The notes below the pieces were generated by a model. That model searched no databases. It was not told where the DNA came from and saw only the letters and a program-made list of their open reading frames with translations. A stretch of 64,000 bases of DNA from Salinispira sp. (GTDB taxonomy: Bacteria > Spirochaetota > Spirochaetia > DSM-27196 > Salinispiraceae). Both the position numbers and the translations under genes were made by a program. Below are positions 60,695-64,000 of this stretch, piece after piece. The DNA lies in the NCBI GenBank assembly GCA_965602015.1, contig OZ271918.1:352001-416000 (forward strand), in the 5' to 3' direction. Each line of letters opens with the position of its first letter. The stretch's first letter is position 1.

Positions 60695-61284
60695 TGATAA
60701 AGATACAGAGCGTTAATGCCCGCGCCGTGGCGGTTCCCGGCGATGACATCGATACCGACCGGATCATTCCCGCGAGATTTCTCAAGGAGATAACGTTCCA
60801 GCGAATGGGTGAATATCCGTTCTATGACGAGCGTTTTGATGCCAAGGGTGGACAGAAGGACCATCCCTTTAACCGGCCGGAACACCAGGGCGCCGGGATC
60901 CTCATTGCCAATTCGAATTTCGGCTGTGGAAGTTCCCGGGAGCACGCACCCCAGTCCCTTGTGCGCTGGGGTATTCGGGCAATCATCGCCGAGAGTTACG
61001 CGGAAATTTTCGCCGGCAATTGCATCATGCTGGGCACCCCTGTGGTTACAGCCGAACCGCAAGATGTGGCGGCGATGCAGGAAATTGCCCGGAACCAACC
61101 GGATGCGGAATTCGCCCTCGATCTCCAGTCGATGGAGGTCCGCGCGGCGGGAAGGAGTTTTACCGTGAGCCTTTCGGATACCCGCCGAAAGGCACTGATG
61201 GAAGGAACCTGGGACAGCACCTCCCTGCTGATGGCTAATGCAGACAAGGCCCGGGAGGTGGCAAAAAACCTCTCCTACCTGTAG
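60694..61284 (+). CDS. leuD: 3-isopropylmalate dehydratase small subunit
   Basis: DIDTDRIIPARFL, NFGCGSSREHAP. Confidence 0.97.
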   Translation: MIKIQSVNARAVAVPGDDIDTDRIIPARFLKEITFQRMGEYPFYDERFDAKGGQKDHPFNRPEHQGAGILIANSNFGCGSSREHAPQSLVRWGIRAIIAESYAEIFAGNCIMLGTPVVTAEPQDVAAMQEIARNQPDAEFALDLQSMEVRAAGRSFTVSLSDTRRKALMEGTWDSTSLLMANADKAREVAKNLSYL

Positions 61285-61314
61285 GAACGAAGCGAGCCGG
61301 CATAGCCGGCAATA

Positions 61315-62703
61315 TCAGGAAAACACCTTTTTTATCAACTTGAATCCCCGCTCTCCATAGGGCGGGTATTTTAATTTGATATTATGCCAAACCGGCGTTT
61401 TTATTATCGCCTTCGGGTGGGTCATGGCGTCAAATCCGTACTTGCCGTGATAGACCCCGCTTCCCGAGCTCCGCACACCGCCGAAAGGCAGAGCGGGGTT
61501 TACCAGATGCATGAGCGTGTCATTAACGCAGCCCCCGCCGAAGGGGATGCGGTTTATGATTCGCCGTTCAAGGTCCCGATCGCGGGTGAACAGGTACAGC
61601 GCAAGGGGATTCGGCCGTTTCCCGATGTGGGAAAAAACCTCATCGACGTCCTGGTACTCGATTACCGGAAGGATGGGACCGAAAATCTCATCGGTCATCA
61701 AAGGAGAATCATCCCCGCAGTTTTCCATTATTGTCGGTGCGATGTACCTCGTATCTCGATGGTGCTCTCCGCCGCTTACCACATCCCCCTGGGAGAGATA
61801 CGATACAAGAGTATCAAATCTTCGTTCATTTATGATTTTCCCGTAGCTCGGGGAGCCCTCGGTACCTCCGGGATACATGGCTTCCAGCTCCTGCTTCATG
61901 GCTGAAATCAGCTCGTTCTTAGCCGAACGGTGGACCAGCAGGTAATCCGGCGCCACGCAGGTTTGTCCTGCGTTAAGGGTCTTACCGTGGATGATGCGTT
62001 TCGCCGCCGATTCTATATGGGCATCTCGGTGCACCACCGCCGGGCTCTTGCCGCCAAGCTCAAGGGTGACCGGGCTGTGTACTTCCGCCGCATAGAGCGC
62101 AATGTGCTTCCCGACGGGTACCGAGCCGGTAAAAAAAATGTGATCGAAGTTGCCCCCCCGGATAAGTTCGGGAACAGCCTCGTGCCCCGGACCCTGGACC
62201 ACCGACAGGAACTCATGGGTAAAACTGCCTTCAAGGCAGTCCTGGAGGGCCCTGGCAGTGGCCGGCGCGAGCTCGGATGGCTTGAGTACAACGCTGTTTC
62301 CCCCCGCCATAGCCGCCACCAGCGGTGCTATAATGAGCTGAAAGGGATAGTTCCACGGCGAAATAATCAGTACCGTTCCCTTGGGCACCGGATAGATCCG
62401 TGACGACGACGGCAGCTGAACCAAGGGGGTGGGTACCCGTTTTGGTTTCATCCACTTTTTTAGGTGCCGAATGGCGTGATTGATTTCCGCATAGACAAAT
62501 CCAATTTCCGATGCATAGGCCTCGAACGGATGTTTGCCAAGATCCTCTCGAAGGGCTTCGAGTATTTTATCTTCGTGCTCTTTAATGGCGGCCTTCAGGG
62601 TCGCCAGCATGGCCCGACGATAGGAATAATTCTGCGTGTACCCCGCCTCGGAAAACCGCCGTTTTACATCGAGATGTGCCTCTTTGAGATACTGTCCTTC
62701 CAT
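61315..62703 (-). CDS. aldehyde dehydrogenase (ALDH3-like)
   Basis: PWNYP, FTGS, LELGGKSP, NAGQTCVAP, EIFGP, PFGG. Confidence 0.95.
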   Translation of the reverse strand: MEGQYLKEAHLDVKRRFSEAGYTQNYSYRRAMLATLKAAIKEHEDKILEALREDLGKHPFEAYASEIGFVYAEINHAIRHLKKWMKPKRVPTPLVQLPSSSRIYPVPKGTVLIISPWNYPFQLIIAPLVAAMAGGNSVVLKPSELAPATARALQDCLEGSFTHEFLSVVQGPGHEAVPELIRGGNFDHIFFTGSVPVGKHIALYAAEVHSPVTLELGGKSPAVVHRDAHIESAAKRIIHGKTLNAGQTCVAPDYLLVHRSAKNELISAMKQELEAMYPGGTEGSPSYGKIINERRFDTLVSYLSQGDVVSGGEHHRDTRYIAPTIMENCGDDSPLMTDEIFGPILPVIEYQDVDEVFSHIGKRPNPLALYLFTRDRDLERRIINRIPFGGGCVNDTLMHLVNPALPFGGVRSSGSGVYHGKYGFDAMTHPKAIIKTPVWHNIKLKYPPYGERGFKLIKKVFS

Positions 62704-62721
62704 ACTGTTTTCTCCGTGTTA

Positions 62722-63456
62722 TTACTGTCTGCTGATTCGCCGATAGGAGATCATCTCCGTGACGATTTCACTGTTGTCGCCGAAACCGGCGCTTCCCTGG
62801 AAACGAAGGAGCTGATGGGGGGCTTCGGCGTTAAACCACAGAAAGGTTTTGGGAATTGCAGCCCGAAAAATGGACATGGCCCCGGGAAGGTTGGCCACCA
62901 GTTCCAGCTTATGGGCCTGATAGCTGCCGCTCTCCAGTTCTATTCGCTCCTGTCTTCTGTGTACCACATCCAGGGAAAAACCGGACTCCTCGCCGCTCTG
63001 TCCGAGAAAGTGAAGGGACAACCTTCTCGGGGAATCGAAGGGGTAGCCCCGGAGTAAAAAACTCAAATCATCATTGCCGAGGGCGAAAATCTCATCGTTT
63101 CCCACAACCGGCGCTTCAATCAGCCTGGTCCTGCTCTCATAGGCAGCCTGGTTAACCCGGGACAGGGAATCGGAGGACAGGGGGATCATTCCGGGCCGTG
63201 AAATTGTCACCAATCGTTCCCGTTCGTCATCCCTGTCAGATACTATGTAGAGCGTGCCCAGTTCGCTGGTGTCGTGGGTGACCAGAGTCGTGCTAAAACT
63301 CGTTTCATCTTCCGAGCGGGTGATATAACGGATCTCCTCCCCGTCGGGGATTCCCGGGTCTGAAAGAGCAGGACTGATTGATGAAATGTTCTGAGCGGAT
63401 ATCCCGGCTATCAGGAATCCTACAAATATTGATAACAGCGTAAGACGGGTTTTCAT
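62722..63456 (-). CDS. hypothetical exported protein
   Basis: Signal peptide MKTRLTLLSIFVGFLIAGISA; no confident domain call. Confidence 0.6.
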   Translation of the reverse strand: MKTRLTLLSIFVGFLIAGISAQNISSISPALSDPGIPDGEEIRYITRSEDETSFSTTLVTHDTSELGTLYIVSDRDDERERLVTISRPGMIPLSSDSLSRVNQAAYESRTRLIEAPVVGNDEIFALGNDDLSFLLRGYPFDSPRRLSLHFLGQSGEESGFSLDVVHRRQERIELESGSYQAHKLELVANLPGAMSIFRAAIPKTFLWFNAEAPHQLLRFQGSAGFGDNSEIVTEMISYRRISRQ

Positions 63457-63530
63457 GTCTAAAAAGTGCATATTTTTCGGCCTTCGGGCAATGGAAAGCG
63501 GAAATTTTCCGCAGTATATTGTAATGGAAT

Positions 63531-64000
63531 ATGAGATCGTCCACGCATGCCGAAAAATACAATGAGAGTGATGGCGAAGGTTCTGTAGCCCGGGAAGCGG
63601 GAAGCACATCGGAGAATCCTCAGAATCTTGACACCGATGTTATTGTTACAAAACTCCGACAGCTCGGGCTGTTCATCCAGGACCTGGAGCATCACCGGGT
63701 CTACCCCAATGCCCTGTGGAGTGCATGGGGTTACAGCGAAGAGGATATGGTCTTCGGGAATTTTATCAATTTCGTTCATCCCGAGGACAGGGAGAAGGTC
63801 CGCCGTGCGGTGGAAGACCTCAACACCACTGCCGAGCCGTACAATTCAGTGCTTTTCCGCATCAAGACTGCCCAGGGCCAGTGGCGTTGGGTGTACTCGA
63901 CCAGCCTGACGGTCACCAGAGATGCCCAGGGGAATCTGCTTCAATACATTGGATTTGATTACGATTTGACCGAACAAATGGAAGCCCGGGAACGGGCAGA
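63531..64000 (+). CDS. PAS/PAC domain signalling protein (3'-truncated by window; not in the ORF track)
   Basis: Open frame from ATG 63531: FVHPEDREKV...FRIKTAQGQWRWV...RDAQGNLLQYIGFDYDLTE. Confidence 0.85.
   Translation, partial: MRSSTHAEKYNESDGEGSVAREAGSTSENPQNLDTDVIVTKLRQLGLFIQDLEHHRVYPNALWSAWGYSEEDMVFGNFINFVHPEDREKVRRAVEDLNTTAEPYNSVLFRIKTAQGQWRWVYSTSLTVTRDAQGNLLQYIGFDYDLTEQMEARERA

Noticed and set aside
58299..61284. LysR divergent from leuCD without leuA/leuB as a novel pathway
   Set aside because: A LysR gene beside leuCD is a familiar arrangement, and the other leu genes can lie outside the window.

Overview
Chromosomal window from a free-living, GC-rich spirochaete (Spirochaetota-like; inferred from the RpoB/RpoC sequences, the RpoB Asn at E. 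coli position 531, and rpsL-rpsG without fusA). It holds the tRNA-Thr, tRNA-Trp, secE, nusG, rplKAJL, rpoBC, rpsLG core cluster, a TPP-riboswitch-controlled thiamine/HMP ABC operon, murC, fhs, leuCD, glycosidases, an MCP and a hybrid histidine kinase. The most notable signal is a three-layer mobile system. (1) A REP/MITE-like repeat, TGCCCC(C/G)AAAACAGCTGAT(TT), occurs at five intergenic loci as a solo copy, a collapsed hairpin, a perfect 48-bp palindrome and a 144-bp doublet. (2) The same repeat forms the inverted ends around an IS1-like Zn-finger/HTH/DDE transposase gene (7569-8702). (3) An IS110/IS1111 recombinase element (8787-10091) has inserted precisely into one of those ends at a duplicated CA core, and its 3' non-coding end carries readable bridge-RNA-like guides matching both the repeat target and its own circle junction. 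A second candidate is an unannotated near-leaderless Thr/Asn-rich leader peptide with terminator/antiterminator (14254-14418) upstream of an apparently stand-alone ThrRS-type anticodon-binding domain gene. All calls were made by eye, without database searches.
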